The notes beneath the pieces were generated by a model, which made no database searches, was not told where the DNA came from, and was given only the letters and a program-made list of their open reading frames with translations. The position numbers were made by a program, and so were the translations under genes. From the NCBI GenBank assembly GCA_963703285.1, contig OY969807.1, positions 1,536,001 through 1,600,000 on the forward strand: 64,000 bases of DNA, given 5' to 3'. This document shows positions 10,176 through 20,183 of this stretch, in pieces. The first letter of the stretch is position 1. The number at the start of each line of letters is the position of its first letter. Source of the stretch: an uncultured Nitrososphaerota archaeon (GTDB taxonomy: Archaea > Thermoproteota > Nitrososphaeria > Nitrososphaerales > Gagatemarchaeaceae).

Positions 10176-10955
10176 ATGGGCAGGAGCTGGAAGGATTCTC
10201 TGAGGGAAGGAGACCTTCACGAAATCGAGCCCACGTACCGCCACGAGCTGTCCTTCGTCGGAGCCTCGACGGTGGCCCAGCAGTTCTACTGCGAAGCCAA
10301 GGTCGAGAACGAGTACAGGCTTGGTGAGATACCCACCGAGGGCAAGGACGTCGGGACCGGCTTCCACGACGAGATTTTCGCGATGGAGCCGGTGGAGCGC
10401 GAGGACCTCATCAGGCGCATCGAAGAGGCTCCCAGCCTCACAGCCTCGTTCGGGCTGTACGCCGAGGTCGGAGGCCTGCGGGTGGCGGGTGTGCCGGACG
10501 CGGTGATCTTCGAAGGAGGCCGGCCGAGGTGGATAGTCGAGCTGAAGACGACCGGAGGCGACCCCGCGAAGCTCTGGAGGGACCAGGTGGTCCAGGTGAG
10601 GATCTACGGCCTCCTGATGGAGCGGATGGGGTTCGACTGCTCCAACCTGACCCTGGCTCTGATACGCATGAAGCAGTGGCAGGCCCTCGCCCCGCCCGAG
10701 AAGGAGGCGCTGCTGGTCTCCATAAGGGGAGCGCTGCTGGAACAGAAGACCGCGCAGCTCGAGGCGAAGTACGGGATGAAGTTCTTCCTCATGCCGCACG
10801 CAGGACCCGAGGCTGAGAGCGCTATCGCCTGGGCCCAGGACTACTGGCTGAAGAAGAGGGAGGCGATACCGACCACGGTCGAAGGAAAGTGCAGGTCGTG
10901 TGAGTTCAACGAGGTGTGCGTTCACAGTCTCTTCAAGCCGGCCGGGAGTCGCTGA
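10176..10955 (+). CDS. Solo Cas4/Exonuclease V-like PD-(D/E)XK nuclease with Fe-S cysteines
   Basis: QQFYCE, GT.FH, GVPD, ELKT, QVRIYG, C..C.F...C. Confidence 0.8.
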   Translation: MGRSWKDSLREGDLHEIEPTYRHELSFVGASTVAQQFYCEAKVENEYRLGEIPTEGKDVGTGFHDEIFAMEPVEREDLIRRIEEAPSLTASFGLYAEVGGLRVAGVPDAVIFEGGRPRWIVELKTTGGDPAKLWRDQVVQVRIYGLLMERMGFDCSNLTLALIRMKQWQALAPPEKEALLVSIRGALLEQKTAQLEAKYGMKFFLMPHAGPEAESAIAWAQDYWLKKREAIPTTVEGKCRSCEFNEVCVHSLFKPAGSR

Positions 10956-11054
10956 TCACTCGTTCGACGGGGAGTTCCACTTTTTTCGTTCACTGGGATG
11001 CGCGGTTGTTCGTTACTTGGTCCCCAGCTTGTTTACTGGACACCTTCTCTGCAC

Positions 11055-11846
11055 TCAGAGATTTTCTCGCAGAAAGCGCCCAAGTACCTTGTTGAACTTT
11101 CCAGGTTCTTCCAAGTGGGGTGGATGCCCGCTCTTGTCAAACTCAACCAGTTTGGCGTTGTGGATTTTCTTCGCCATGTAACGGGCTCCCTGAATGGGTG
11201 TTAGTCGGTCGAACTTCCCTTGGAGGATCAGCGTGGGCACGTCGATTTTAGGGAGCACTGGTCTGTAATCTTCCTTCGTGTTCGCCTCCAACGTCTGCAG
11301 CAAAACAGTGAGGGGTGTCTTCAGGTTAACTTGGAATAGCCATTGAGCCATGGGTTGCTGAGGCTCGTGTAGCATTTGGTAAGGAAGATCCCAAATGGCC
11401 TTGGTGAAGTTTTCTTCCAGGGGCTTGATTTGCTTTGCATGCCAACCAGAATTAGGGGAGTTCTTTGCTGCCTTTAGGACCGAGGCGGTTCCTACAAGCG
11501 CGATGCACTTCACGTAAGGTCCGAAGCCGTACTTTTGCGCGTATTTCAAAATGATAAAACTCCCCGTAGACATCCCCACCAAGCAAAGGTTCCGCAACCT
11601 GAGCCGGAGAATGACCTTCCTAACGTCCTCGGCATATGCATCGTGGGTGTAGGGACCAGCGACCTTCTCGGAATCCCCGTGGCCCCGCATATCGAGCGTG
11701 ATTAGACGGAATTCGCTCTGAAGCGCGTGAACCTGATTCTGCCAGACTTCGTGACTCATTCCTCTGCCATGGAGAAACAACACAGGTCTCCCCTTGCCCC
11801 AGTCTTCGTAGTAGAGTCTCACGCCACCGCTACCGCTCACATACAA
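11055..11846 (-). CDS. Alpha/beta hydrolase
   Basis: FLHG, DMRGHG.S, GMSTG nucleophile elbow, G..D, SGH; start uncertain. Confidence 0.85.
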   Translation of the reverse strand: MYVSGSGGVRLYYEDWGKGRPVLFLHGRGMSHEVWQNQVHALQSEFRLITLDMRGHGDSEKVAGPYTHDAYAEDVRKVILRLRLRNLCLVGMSTGSFIILKYAQKYGFGPYVKCIALVGTASVLKAAKNSPNSGWHAKQIKPLEENFTKAIWDLPYQMLHEPQQPMAQWLFQVNLKTPLTVLLQTLEANTKEDYRPVLPKIDVPTLILQGKFDRLTPIQGARYMAKKIHNAKLVEFDKSGHPPHLEEPGKFNKVLGRFLRENL

Positions 11847-11920
11847 GTCTAAGTCTGGCTCCTCTCCTACAAATCGAATCACAACATTTTTACCTTTCGT
11901 CTCGCGTTTCTTGGTGGATT

Positions 11921-12736
11921 TTGTTGGGACTCTGGCCAAAGGGTAAGAGATGTGCGGTTGTTCTCTCATTCGATGTCGATGCAGAGTTAATCTGGAACGT
12001 CTGGCTCCCGCAAGCCCCCAAACACTACGACATTACACAAGGGGAGTACGGTCCGCGAGTTGGCTTGCCACGAATATTGGATATTCTCAAGAGGACCGGC
12101 GTAAGGGCCACATTTTTCACGCCTGGATGGGTAGCGGAGAAATATCGCGAGAACATCGCATCGATAGCGAGAGCGGGCCACGAGATAGCTCATCACGGGT
12201 ACAAGCATGAGAACAATGAATTGCTGAGCAAGTCAGACGAGAGAGACATGCTAGTTAAGGGCTCAGAAGCGCTGCTTGCAATCACAGGGCAGAAGCCTGT
12301 AGGTTACCGGATGAGCCGGAGTCCCAACACGCTCTCGCTTCTTTCCGATTTGGGATTCCTCTATGACAGTTCGGCCATGAACGGGGACGTGCCCTATCTT
12401 GAACGAGTCGGCAGCAAGCAGGCGCCAATGGTCGAGCTACCCTTCGGATTCCTGTGCATGGACACGCCCCACCTGATTTACAGCTTCGACCCGCAGACAA
12501 GACTCAAGCCCTTGCTGACCGCCGATCTGGTGGCTAAGCAGTTCAGGGACGAGTTCGATGTTCTCTACGGAGAACGCAAGTATTGTATGTTCACTCTCCA
12601 TCCTCAGGTCATTGGTCGACCGTCGCGTGCCCTTATGCTCGAACAGACAATTTCCTACATGAAGAGCAAGCCGGGCGTCTGGTTCGCGACCGGGAAGGAA
12701 CTCTCCGAGTTTGTTCTGAAACACGATCAGAACTGA
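11921..12736 (+). CDS. Polysaccharide deacetylase (CE4) family protein
   Basis: SFDVDAE, ATFFTPG, HEIAHHGYKH, LHPQVIGRP. Confidence 0.9.
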   Translation: MLGLWPKGKRCAVVLSFDVDAELIWNVWLPQAPKHYDITQGEYGPRVGLPRILDILKRTGVRATFFTPGWVAEKYRENIASIARAGHEIAHHGYKHENNELLSKSDERDMLVKGSEALLAITGQKPVGYRMSRSPNTLSLLSDLGFLYDSSAMNGDVPYLERVGSKQAPMVELPFGFLCMDTPHLIYSFDPQTRLKPLLTADLVAKQFRDEFDVLYGERKYCMFTLHPQVIGRPSRALMLEQTISYMKSKPGVWFATGKELSEFVLKHDQN

Positions 12737-12851
12737 AGAGGCACCTTCAGGCACGCGCTGAAGGTTGAACCGTTTCTGACGAATCAGGAGGAGCTGAGGG
12801 AGACAGAACCTTAATTATGGTTCAGAACCGCCTGGCTCGAGACTGAACATT

Positions 12852-14138
12852 TTGAATGCTGACGAGTATTATCACCAAGCGAAGGAACTGATCGATACTT
12901 CGGCACCAGAGGAGGTTCTCCAAACCGTAGAGAGGCTAGTTAGGGAGAACGACGAATGGCGCACGAGAAAGTGCATCAATCTCAACGCGGCGGAGAGCGT
13001 GTTGAGCCCGAGGGCCAACCGACTTCTTCAGTCTGACCTAGAGAGGCGGGCTGTGTTGGGCGAGCTGGGCGCGAGGCACCACAAGGGAGCTCGGTACGTC
13101 GACCAGCTCGACGCAATCGTCACCGAGCAAGCAAGGAAGCTGTTCAAGGTCGACTTCGTGGAGCACCGTCCGGTGACGACCAGCATTGCAAACGCCCTCG
13201 CTCTGCGCAGCCTGACCGAGGTGGGCGACACCATCCTGGCGCTCGAGGCCCCGAGGGGCCACCCCAGCTGGAGACAGCAGGGGTATGCCGGTTTCAGAGG
13301 GTTAGACATCATTGATATTCCCTTCGACTATGCGGAGTGGAATGTTGACCTGGTAAGGCTCAGACAGGTGACCGAGAAGCTCAAAGCACGGCCGAAGGTA
13401 TTCGTCGTCGGCACCTCGGTCTTCCTGTTCCCGCATCCATTGAAGGAGATCGTGAACATAGCCAGCGGAGTCGGGGCGAAGGTGTGGTACGACGCCGCTC
13501 ACGTGTTGGGGTTGATAGCAGGGGGACGGTTCCAGGATCCCCTGGCCGAGGGAGCCTATCTCGTGACCGGGACGACCTCAAAGACGTTGTCTGGACCCAT
13601 GGGCGGAGTCTTGCTTCACAACGACCCGGCTCTGGACAAGGACATTCGGTCCAACTTCGCGGGATTCGTCTCCACGCTGGGCCACCAGCGGACAGCTGCC
13701 CTCGCAGCGACGTTGGCGGAGATGAGTGTCTTCGGGGCCGATTTCGCTGGACAGATAATTTCGAACGGAAAAGCGCTGGCAAGGGCCCTCGACGAGGAGG
13801 GGTTCGATGTTGTCGGTCGTAAGAAGGGGTACACCGAGTCTCACACGGTGGTCTTCGACGTCTCGCGACTGGGCGGGGGCGACCGGGTTGCCAATCTCTT
13901 CGAGGCGGGAAACATAATCTCCAGCGCCTACAAGATCTGGCGCGCCGATGAGCCGTGGGAGGGCATCAGGATCGGCGTGACAGAGGTCACTAGGCTGGGG
14001 ATGAAGGAGACAGAGATGAAGCAGATTGCAAGATACATGCGACGACTCGCCATAGACGGGCAGGAGCCTGAAAAGGTCGCGAGAGAGGTGTCCGATTTCA
14101 GAGGGCAATACACGCAGGTTCACTATTGCTTCGGATAG
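12852..14138 (+). CDS. Serine hydroxymethyltransferase-like PLP enzyme
   Basis: INLNAAES, YDAAHVLGLIAG, TTSKTLSGP.GG, GIRIG. Confidence 0.85.
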   Translation: MNADEYYHQAKELIDTSAPEEVLQTVERLVRENDEWRTRKCINLNAAESVLSPRANRLLQSDLERRAVLGELGARHHKGARYVDQLDAIVTEQARKLFKVDFVEHRPVTTSIANALALRSLTEVGDTILALEAPRGHPSWRQQGYAGFRGLDIIDIPFDYAEWNVDLVRLRQVTEKLKARPKVFVVGTSVFLFPHPLKEIVNIASGVGAKVWYDAAHVLGLIAGGRFQDPLAEGAYLVTGTTSKTLSGPMGGVLLHNDPALDKDIRSNFAGFVSTLGHQRTAALAATLAEMSVFGADFAGQIISNGKALARALDEEGFDVVGRKKGYTESHTVVFDVSRLGGGDRVANLFEAGNIISSAYKIWRADEPWEGIRIGVTEVTRLGMKETEMKQIARYMRRLAIDGQEPEKVAREVSDFRGQYTQVHYCFG

Positions 14139-14165
14139 AGCTCAGACAACGTTTCCAAACGACGA

Positions 14166-15053
14166 TCAGGGATAGTTGGCTAACCACCACTTCGCGATGT
14201 CCACCCGACGAGCAAACCACACGTCGTCGAACTGCTTCGCGTAGTCCAGAAACCTGTCGAGTGCGACGGCGCGTCCCGGTCTCCCGGTGACCCTAACGTG
14301 TATGGCGACGGTCATCATCTTCGCGTTAGTCTGCGACTCCTGGCGCAGGTAGTCGAACGAGTCCTTCACGTACTGGAAGAATTCTTCGGAGGTGGAAAAC
14401 CGGTTCAGGAGGAAATGAAAGTCGTTCACGTCCAGGGTGTACGGGACGATTAGGAACTTCTTCCGGTTGGCTTTCACATAGTAGGGTATGTCGTCGTTGC
14501 AGAAGTCGGAGTCGTACAGGAAGCCGCCCTCCTCCGCCACGAGCTCAACCGTGTTGACGCTCGGTTCACGGCAGTACCAGCCGACCGGGCGCACTCCCGT
14601 CGTCTTCTTTATCAGGGCGACGGCCTTCCTTATCTCCTCCGCTTCCTGTTTCCGGCTGAGCTTGAAGTGCTCTATCCAGCGGTAGCCGTGGCTGCACACT
14701 TCGTGGCCGCGTCGCACGATGGATTTGGCCGCCTCTGGGTTCGCCTCCAACGACTTGGCGACGGCGAAGAACGTGGTCTTGATGTTGTGTCTGTCGAAGA
14801 GGTCGAGCAGGCGCCAGATCGCCACCCGAGTCTCATACTCGAAAACCGTCTCGATAGACAGGTCGCGGTCGGTCTGGGAGCCGTACCCTGGTATCTCACC
14901 GCCGAATACCTCTGGGCCCTTGTCTCCAAACAGAACATTTCGCTCGCCCGCGGCCTCATAGTTTACGGCAATCTGAACTGCGAGCTTCTTCCCATCCGGC
15001 CATTTGACTTTCGGTGGTTTGGACCCATATCCTACGAAGTCCCGCTGCCACAC
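14166..15053 (-). CDS. PuuE-type allantoinase / CE4 family protein
   Basis: RDFVGYG..PP...WP, EYETRVAIWRL, HEVCSHGYRW, H.R.TGRPGR. Confidence 0.85.
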   Translation of the reverse strand: MWQRDFVGYGSKPPKVKWPDGKKLAVQIAVNYEAAGERNVLFGDKGPEVFGGEIPGYGSQTDRDLSIETVFEYETRVAIWRLLDLFDRHNIKTTFFAVAKSLEANPEAAKSIVRRGHEVCSHGYRWIEHFKLSRKQEAEEIRKAVALIKKTTGVRPVGWYCREPSVNTVELVAEEGGFLYDSDFCNDDIPYYVKANRKKFLIVPYTLDVNDFHFLLNRFSTSEEFFQYVKDSFDYLRQESQTNAKMMTVAIHVRVTGRPGRAVALDRFLDYAKQFDDVWFARRVDIAKWWLANYP

Positions 15054-15166
15054 GCAGGGAAAGAGCGCAAATAATCTATAAAAAGTTTGTAAGCGCGGGA
15101 AACCGATGAGAAGGACAGTCTAGAAGTGTTTGCAAAGTTTTTATCCCCTGGGCCGAAGTAATCAGT

Positions 15167-15871
15167 GTGCAGTATCTGGCTGGAAAGCCAATCCCGACCA
15201 CGCTTGAAGAGGTTGTCGACCCGGCGAGCACCGCGCTCGTGGTGGTTGATGTTCAAAACGACTTCTGCAAGGAAGCTGGGGTATTCCCGAAGCATGGTGT
15301 TGTGATACCTACTGTCAAGAAGACGATTGACAACATCGCCCGGGTCCTGAAGGCCGCTCGAGAAGCTCACATCAAGGTCGTCTTCATTCAGCACACGACG
15401 CTTCCAGGGCGCTTGAGCGACTCCTCTAGCTGGCTCCGCTTCATGCTCAGGACCTTCCCCAACGTGAAGAAGCTGGAGGACATCCCGGAGTTTACCATAG
15501 AAGGCACTTGGGGGCAGCAGGTCGTGGACGAGCTCAAGCCGAAGGAAGGCGAGATGATAGTGAAGAAACATCGATCGAGCGCCTTTATCGCGACAGACTT
15601 GGACTTCGTCCTGAGGAACAACGGGATAAAGAATCTCGTAATCACCGGAGTGACGACGGAGGGGTGCGTGGAATCGACCGCCCGGGACGCGCAGCTCTAT
15701 GACTACAACATCGTGACCTTGAGAGACTGTGTCGACTCCGAGAACCAACCCAATCACGAAGCCATGCTGCAGATTATGAGCGGGAGATGGGACGTCATCA
15801 CGTCGAAGCAGCTCCTCGAGATGTGGCCTTCCAAGACCGAGGAGCAGCTCGTCGCCGCAGGCGAACGCTAG
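15167..15871 (+). CDS. Isochorismatase-family cysteine hydrolase
   Basis: VVDVQNDF, K.R.SAF..TDL, GVTTEGCVESTARDA. Confidence 0.9.
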   Translation: MQYLAGKPIPTTLEEVVDPASTALVVVDVQNDFCKEAGVFPKHGVVIPTVKKTIDNIARVLKAAREAHIKVVFIQHTTLPGRLSDSSSWLRFMLRTFPNVKKLEDIPEFTIEGTWGQQVVDELKPKEGEMIVKKHRSSAFIATDLDFVLRNNGIKNLVITGVTTEGCVESTARDAQLYDYNIVTLRDCVDSENQPNHEAMLQIMSGRWDVITSKQLLEMWPSKTEEQLVAAGER

Positions 15872-15901
15872 AGTCCCAATCTCGGGAATTGGTCGGCGCG
15901 C

Positions 15902-17527
15902 CTATTCGGGCGGAATCTCCTTGAACGAGAGGCGGATGTCGACTCCGTGGCTCTTGTGATAGGCGTAGCTCACGAAGTATATGACGAAGCCGGCGATGAC
16001 GACACCGAGAGCGTAGACGATTGCAAAGGTAGTCGGACTTGCGATTAGCGGGTTCGTCGCCCCCAAGTAGGCCATGTAGAGGAAGGCGATTGCTTCGGCG
16101 AGGCCGATGATGCTTATGACGGGGAAGCCGCCAACCTTCGCCTTCATCCACCCCGGTGCCAGCTCCAGCAGCTCCTTCTTGCGGAACGGGAAGAGGAAGA
16201 GCGCCAATCCGGGAACGATGAGGCAGCAAATCAAGATGAAGACCCCGAGCGCAATCGCCGAAGGCCAGGAGGTGAAGTAGTAGAGCAACAGCACGAACAG
16301 TCCCAGTCCGGTCATTGTGCCGATTGCATAGTGAGGAGTGTGGAACCTGTTCCCGACGTCGGCTATCCTCGAGGGGATGACGCGATCAAAGCTCCAGGCG
16401 AAGAGGTATCGGCTCGGAATCCAGAAGAACAGGAAGACGGACGGTAGAGAGCCTATGATGTAGAGCGCCAGGACCGTGAAAGTGAGGGCCTGGTTGGGAG
16501 ACGTTGCGAGCGAGAGCAACATCGGGATAGTGGGTGCGTATGGAATCGCGGCGAAGTACGCTGACGGTTTGTTGTCGTAGAGGTAGCCCGAGGCGTAGGT
16601 CCAGGTCGAACCAGTCGCATGAAGCACAAACACATCGAAGAGGCCCCAGAAAAGAATGCCGAAGAGCAGCGATACTATCAGCCCCACGGGTGCCGCCCGC
16701 CTGATGTTCTTGATCTCCCCCGAGATGACGTTTCCGAGGTTCCCTCCAAGCAGGAAGAGGGCGGCGAGAGGCATGGCCGCTACAGTGGCAGCGAGCGTAA
16801 CCGGCTGTTGCACCCACCCGTCCTTCGATGCCAGGGAGACGAGCCCATTGTACGTGATGTAGTTCGTTCCAAAAGCGGCGTCCCATTTGGAGGCCAGGGT
16901 GGCCGGTGTCGTTGTGCCGAGGACTATCCAGATCAGTGCTGTCCCTATGATGGCCGCGGCGGTGCCGACATACAGGATGACCTTGATGCTTCTGCCGCCG
17001 ACCAGTCCTATGGCGCCCATCGCGATGATTATCAGAGCTCCGACGGCGTAGGACCATGTAGGAGTGCTCAAGGTAGTAGCGGCGGAGAGGAGGCCCGGTG
17101 CGTTGTAGATTGTCCCCCACGTCGTCAGCGCCGTCGAGATGCCGGAGGTGTAGGCGTAGACCACTCCGACAAACGAGACGCTGAACATCGAGATCATCCA
17201 GGTAAGAGACCAAGAGAAGGAACCAGACGGGTTGAGGACCCTGCCGATCCAGACGTAGTCGCTACCCGAGCGAGGAAGGATTACGGTGAGAATCCAGTAG
17301 ACTATCTGCAAGAGGAGAAATGGGATGCCAGCAATCACGCACGCGAGCCATAGGCTCGCGCCGGGGCTGAAACCGTAGAAGTAGGGGAACTGAAGGGTTG
17401 CGTAGATTAGGGCGAACGTGGTGAAGCAGGCGATGATAAGCAGGTCAATCGTGCCGAACTCCTTGACAAGGCCGGTTGCGTCTCTTAGGAACGTCTTGCT
17501 AGGAGGGGCGGTCTTGGTATCAGCCAA
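15902..17527 (-). CDS. APC-family amino acid/amine permease
   Basis: FLRDATGLVK, PRSGSDY, GEIK, FAWSFDR..P, about 12 TMs. Confidence 0.9.
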   Translation of the reverse strand: MADTKTAPPSKTFLRDATGLVKEFGTIDLLIIACFTTFALIYATLQFPYFYGFSPGASLWLACVIAGIPFLLLQIVYWILTVILPRSGSDYVWIGRVLNPSGSFSWSLTWMISMFSVSFVGVVYAYTSGISTALTTWGTIYNAPGLLSAATTLSTPTWSYAVGALIIIAMGAIGLVGGRSIKVILYVGTAAAIIGTALIWIVLGTTTPATLASKWDAAFGTNYITYNGLVSLASKDGWVQQPVTLAATVAAMPLAALFLLGGNLGNVISGEIKNIRRAAPVGLIVSLLFGILFWGLFDVFVLHATGSTWTYASGYLYDNKPSAYFAAIPYAPTIPMLLSLATSPNQALTFTVLALYIIGSLPSVFLFFWIPSRYLFAWSFDRVIPSRIADVGNRFHTPHYAIGTMTGLGLFVLLLYYFTSWPSAIALGVFILICCLIVPGLALFLFPFRKKELLELAPGWMKAKVGGFPVISIIGLAEAIAFLYMAYLGATNPLIASPTTFAIVYALGVVIAGFVIYFVSYAYHKSHGVDIRLSFKEIPPE

Positions 17528-17650
17528 CCGACGTTAGGATAGGAGTGAGTTTGTATTTATGCGTTCTCATGGACTTTTGGCAAAAATTTTTAATGAATGA
17601 CGTTATTATTTCGACCTGATGGCTTCACGCCCGATAGAGCGCGCTCCTAT

Positions 17651-18679
17651 TCAATCGGACCCGGCCTTTATCGCAGAAAGCGTCGCTTCTTTCACCGAGG
17701 CCTGCGCGCTGAACCCCCAGGTTCTTCCCCTGCGAGCGCTCCGGGCAAACGGAAAGAGGATTGGCAGTGAGACTCCTGCTTTGCGATACTCTGACAGTCT
17801 CTTGAGACAGTCCTCTCTGCCTCCGGCGATGCAGAACGCCCTGACCATCCTCTCGTCCACCATCGCGAAAGCATCTTCGGTCCGGCCGGCGAGCCAGGCC
17901 TGCCTGATCTCTCTCGCTTTCTTGGGAAAGCCGCTCTCAGCTACCAGACGGTTGTACCTCGGATAGAAGCCCGTGTAGAGCCCGACGAGCTTTCTCGCGC
18001 CATCGAGTGCCGCCTCCTCGTCCTCGGAGACGCACGTCGGAATCAGGGAGGCGACCTCCAGACCTGAGGGATTGCGCCCGGCTTTCCGGGCGGAGGCCTT
18101 TAGCAACCCCGACGCCCGTTTGGCGCGCCCGACTGTCGCCCAGACCATTATTGTCCCGTCGGCGATCCGCCCGCAAAGGTCCAGCATCTTCGGGTTGAGC
18201 GCCGCGAGGTAGATGGGGATTCTGTTCCTGAAGGGAGTGAACCAAAAGTCATAGTTCACCTTGGGGAAGATTCTCCCAGCGAATGCGACCTTCTGTTCGG
18301 CGAACAGTGCTCTTACTATCTGGACGGTCTCCTCCATGCGCTCCAGCGGCTTGCCATAGTCTAGCCCGTGCTCGGGCACGACCTGGACGTAGTGGCTCGA
18401 ACCCAAGCCCAGGATGAACCGGCCCTTTGAGAAGGCATCCACGGTGGCGGCACCGAGCGCTATGGTGGGGGCGCTCCGGACGAAGATGCTCACTATGCTG
18501 GTCCCAAGGCGGATTTTCGAGGTAGAGAGAGCGCAGGCCGTTAACATTGAAAACGCGTCGCCTCCGTGGCCTTCTGCCATCCACGCGGCGTCGAATCCTC
18601 CCTTCTCCGCGGACCTGACGCAGCTGACTATCTCTTGGGCGCTCATGCCTCCCCAGAGAGCGATCCCCACCTTCCCCAT
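17651..18679 (-). CDS. LLM-class (probably F420-dependent) oxidoreductase
   Basis: AE..GFD..W.AE, T..I.LGT, GRFILGLG, GRIADG. Confidence 0.9.
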   Translation of the reverse strand: MGKVGIALWGGMSAQEIVSCVRSAEKGGFDAAWMAEGHGGDAFSMLTACALSTSKIRLGTSIVSIFVRSAPTIALGAATVDAFSKGRFILGLGSSHYVQVVPEHGLDYGKPLERMEETVQIVRALFAEQKVAFAGRIFPKVNYDFWFTPFRNRIPIYLAALNPKMLDLCGRIADGTIMVWATVGRAKRASGLLKASARKAGRNPSGLEVASLIPTCVSEDEEAALDGARKLVGLYTGFYPRYNRLVAESGFPKKAREIRQAWLAGRTEDAFAMVDERMVRAFCIAGGREDCLKRLSEYRKAGVSLPILFPFARSARRGRTWGFSAQASVKEATLSAIKAGSD

Positions 18680-18734
18680 GCGCAGTTCACTCCGGACGCG
18701 GCCCTATTAAGTTCTGAGGGGAGATTGACCTGCT

Positions 18735-20033
18735 CTAGGTTGGCCCCGTTTCGGCTTCGGGGAAGTCGAACAGCAACCTCCGAAGCCCGTCCTTTTCCTT
18801 AACGACCTGACTCACCTTCGTTATGGACGAGTCGACCGCCTCGGCGAATTTCTTCTTCCCGCCGAACCTCTCTAGGGTTTCAGGAGGGATGAACTTGAAG
18901 AGCAACGCTGAGGTCCCGGGTGGGACTCCCGCGAAGTGGACAGTGCTTATGCCGTAGTCCTGTAGCAGGACCATCGCCACGGCTGCCGTCGCCTCAAAGG
19001 GGACAATCGGTGGACTGGAGAGGTCTGACCTGTCCATGACCAGCTGGAGCAGGTCCTCCGCAAGAATCTGCGATACGAGTTGATTTTCGCGAGCGTAGCT
19101 CCCAAGGCGCGTCTTGAGCTCCGCTCCTACCGACTTGGTCGTCTCCACCAGCGTCCTTACCCTCTGTGGGTCGTACCTCTGCAGCGACTTCAGAGCCGCT
19201 GGATAGAAAATCGGCCTCGCTTCCAGGCCCAGCTCCCACGCCCGACTCCTTATTCTCGAGACTAGCTCCTTCTTGCCGCCCAGGAGACCGAATCTTGGTC
19301 CGTACGTCCCGTACTTGTCGAGCCCCGTTGCAGCGACGTCGACGTCAAGCTCCAAGCTCCGGGGCTGCCCAAAGATGGCGGGTCCCACCCTGGCTCCACC
19401 CGCGTCGTCCATGTACACCGGAAGATTCCTCTCTTTCACAAGCTCCATTATTCTGTCCAGGTCATGGGCGTCGAGGATATCATAGGTCACGGCGAGCCGG
19501 GTCAGCACCACAAGAGCGACGTTCTTCTCGGTTTTGAGGGCGGCCGATAGTTCCTCGACCCCCGTCGTCCCGACGAACCTCCCCCCGGCCAGATTGGTTG
19601 CCCTGATGACGGTGGGATGGCTGTAACTCGGGGACACGCCGACGACGGTCTGCCCGGGCTTGACCATCGTCAGATGGGTCGCGACCGTGGCGGCGGTCAG
19701 CCTGTTGGCGAGGAAGATGTCGTGGACCGTAGCGGTCCCGCCCAGATGCTGCAGGCCTGCCTCCATCAGCTGGTTGCTGTACTTCGAGGCCGCCATCTCG
19801 TCGTCGAGGCGGGCTATGTCATCGGTGCCTTCGGGGTAGGCCCTCTCGAGACCCGAGAAGTTGAAGACGCCTTGGCCGAGCTTGAGTCTCTGCCGGATCA
19901 AGTAGTGGGCCTTGGCTATCTTCGCGTAGTCGTCCTGGCTGGTTCTCAGTATCTGCCCTCTCGCGTATGGAAGCTCCCCGGAGATGGGGTTCCCGAACCG
20001 GTCTGTCTTCAGCAGCACCTTGGTATCGCTCAA
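18735..20033 (-). CDS. PLP-dependent enzyme, SelA/UPF0425-like
   Basis: NRLTAA, SHPTV, DDAGGAR, GLDKYG..GPR.GLL.G. Confidence 0.7.
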   Translation of the reverse strand: MSDTKVLLKTDRFGNPISGELPYARGQILRTSQDDYAKIAKAHYLIRQRLKLGQGVFNFSGLERAYPEGTDDIARLDDEMAASKYSNQLMEAGLQHLGGTATVHDIFLANRLTAATVATHLTMVKPGQTVVGVSPSYSHPTVIRATNLAGGRFVGTTGVEELSAALKTEKNVALVVLTRLAVTYDILDAHDLDRIMELVKERNLPVYMDDAGGARVGPAIFGQPRSLELDVDVAATGLDKYGTYGPRFGLLGGKKELVSRIRSRAWELGLEARPIFYPAALKSLQRYDPQRVRTLVETTKSVGAELKTRLGSYARENQLVSQILAEDLLQLVMDRSDLSSPPIVPFEATAAVAMVLLQDYGISTVHFAGVPPGTSALLFKFIPPETLERFGGKKKFAEAVDSSITKVSQVVKEKDGLRRLLFDFPEAETGPT

Positions 20034-20183
20034 CGAACAATTTTTACGCCGTGACGGGATAATATCCTCTTCGGTGCGGCATGCGACGGTTAGAGCTCGT
20101 CAATCCCCCGTTGCCCGAATTGGAGACAGAGGATAAATAACCGGGCGGGCACGTGGAACCGATTACCCAAAGGTGCCCATGGA

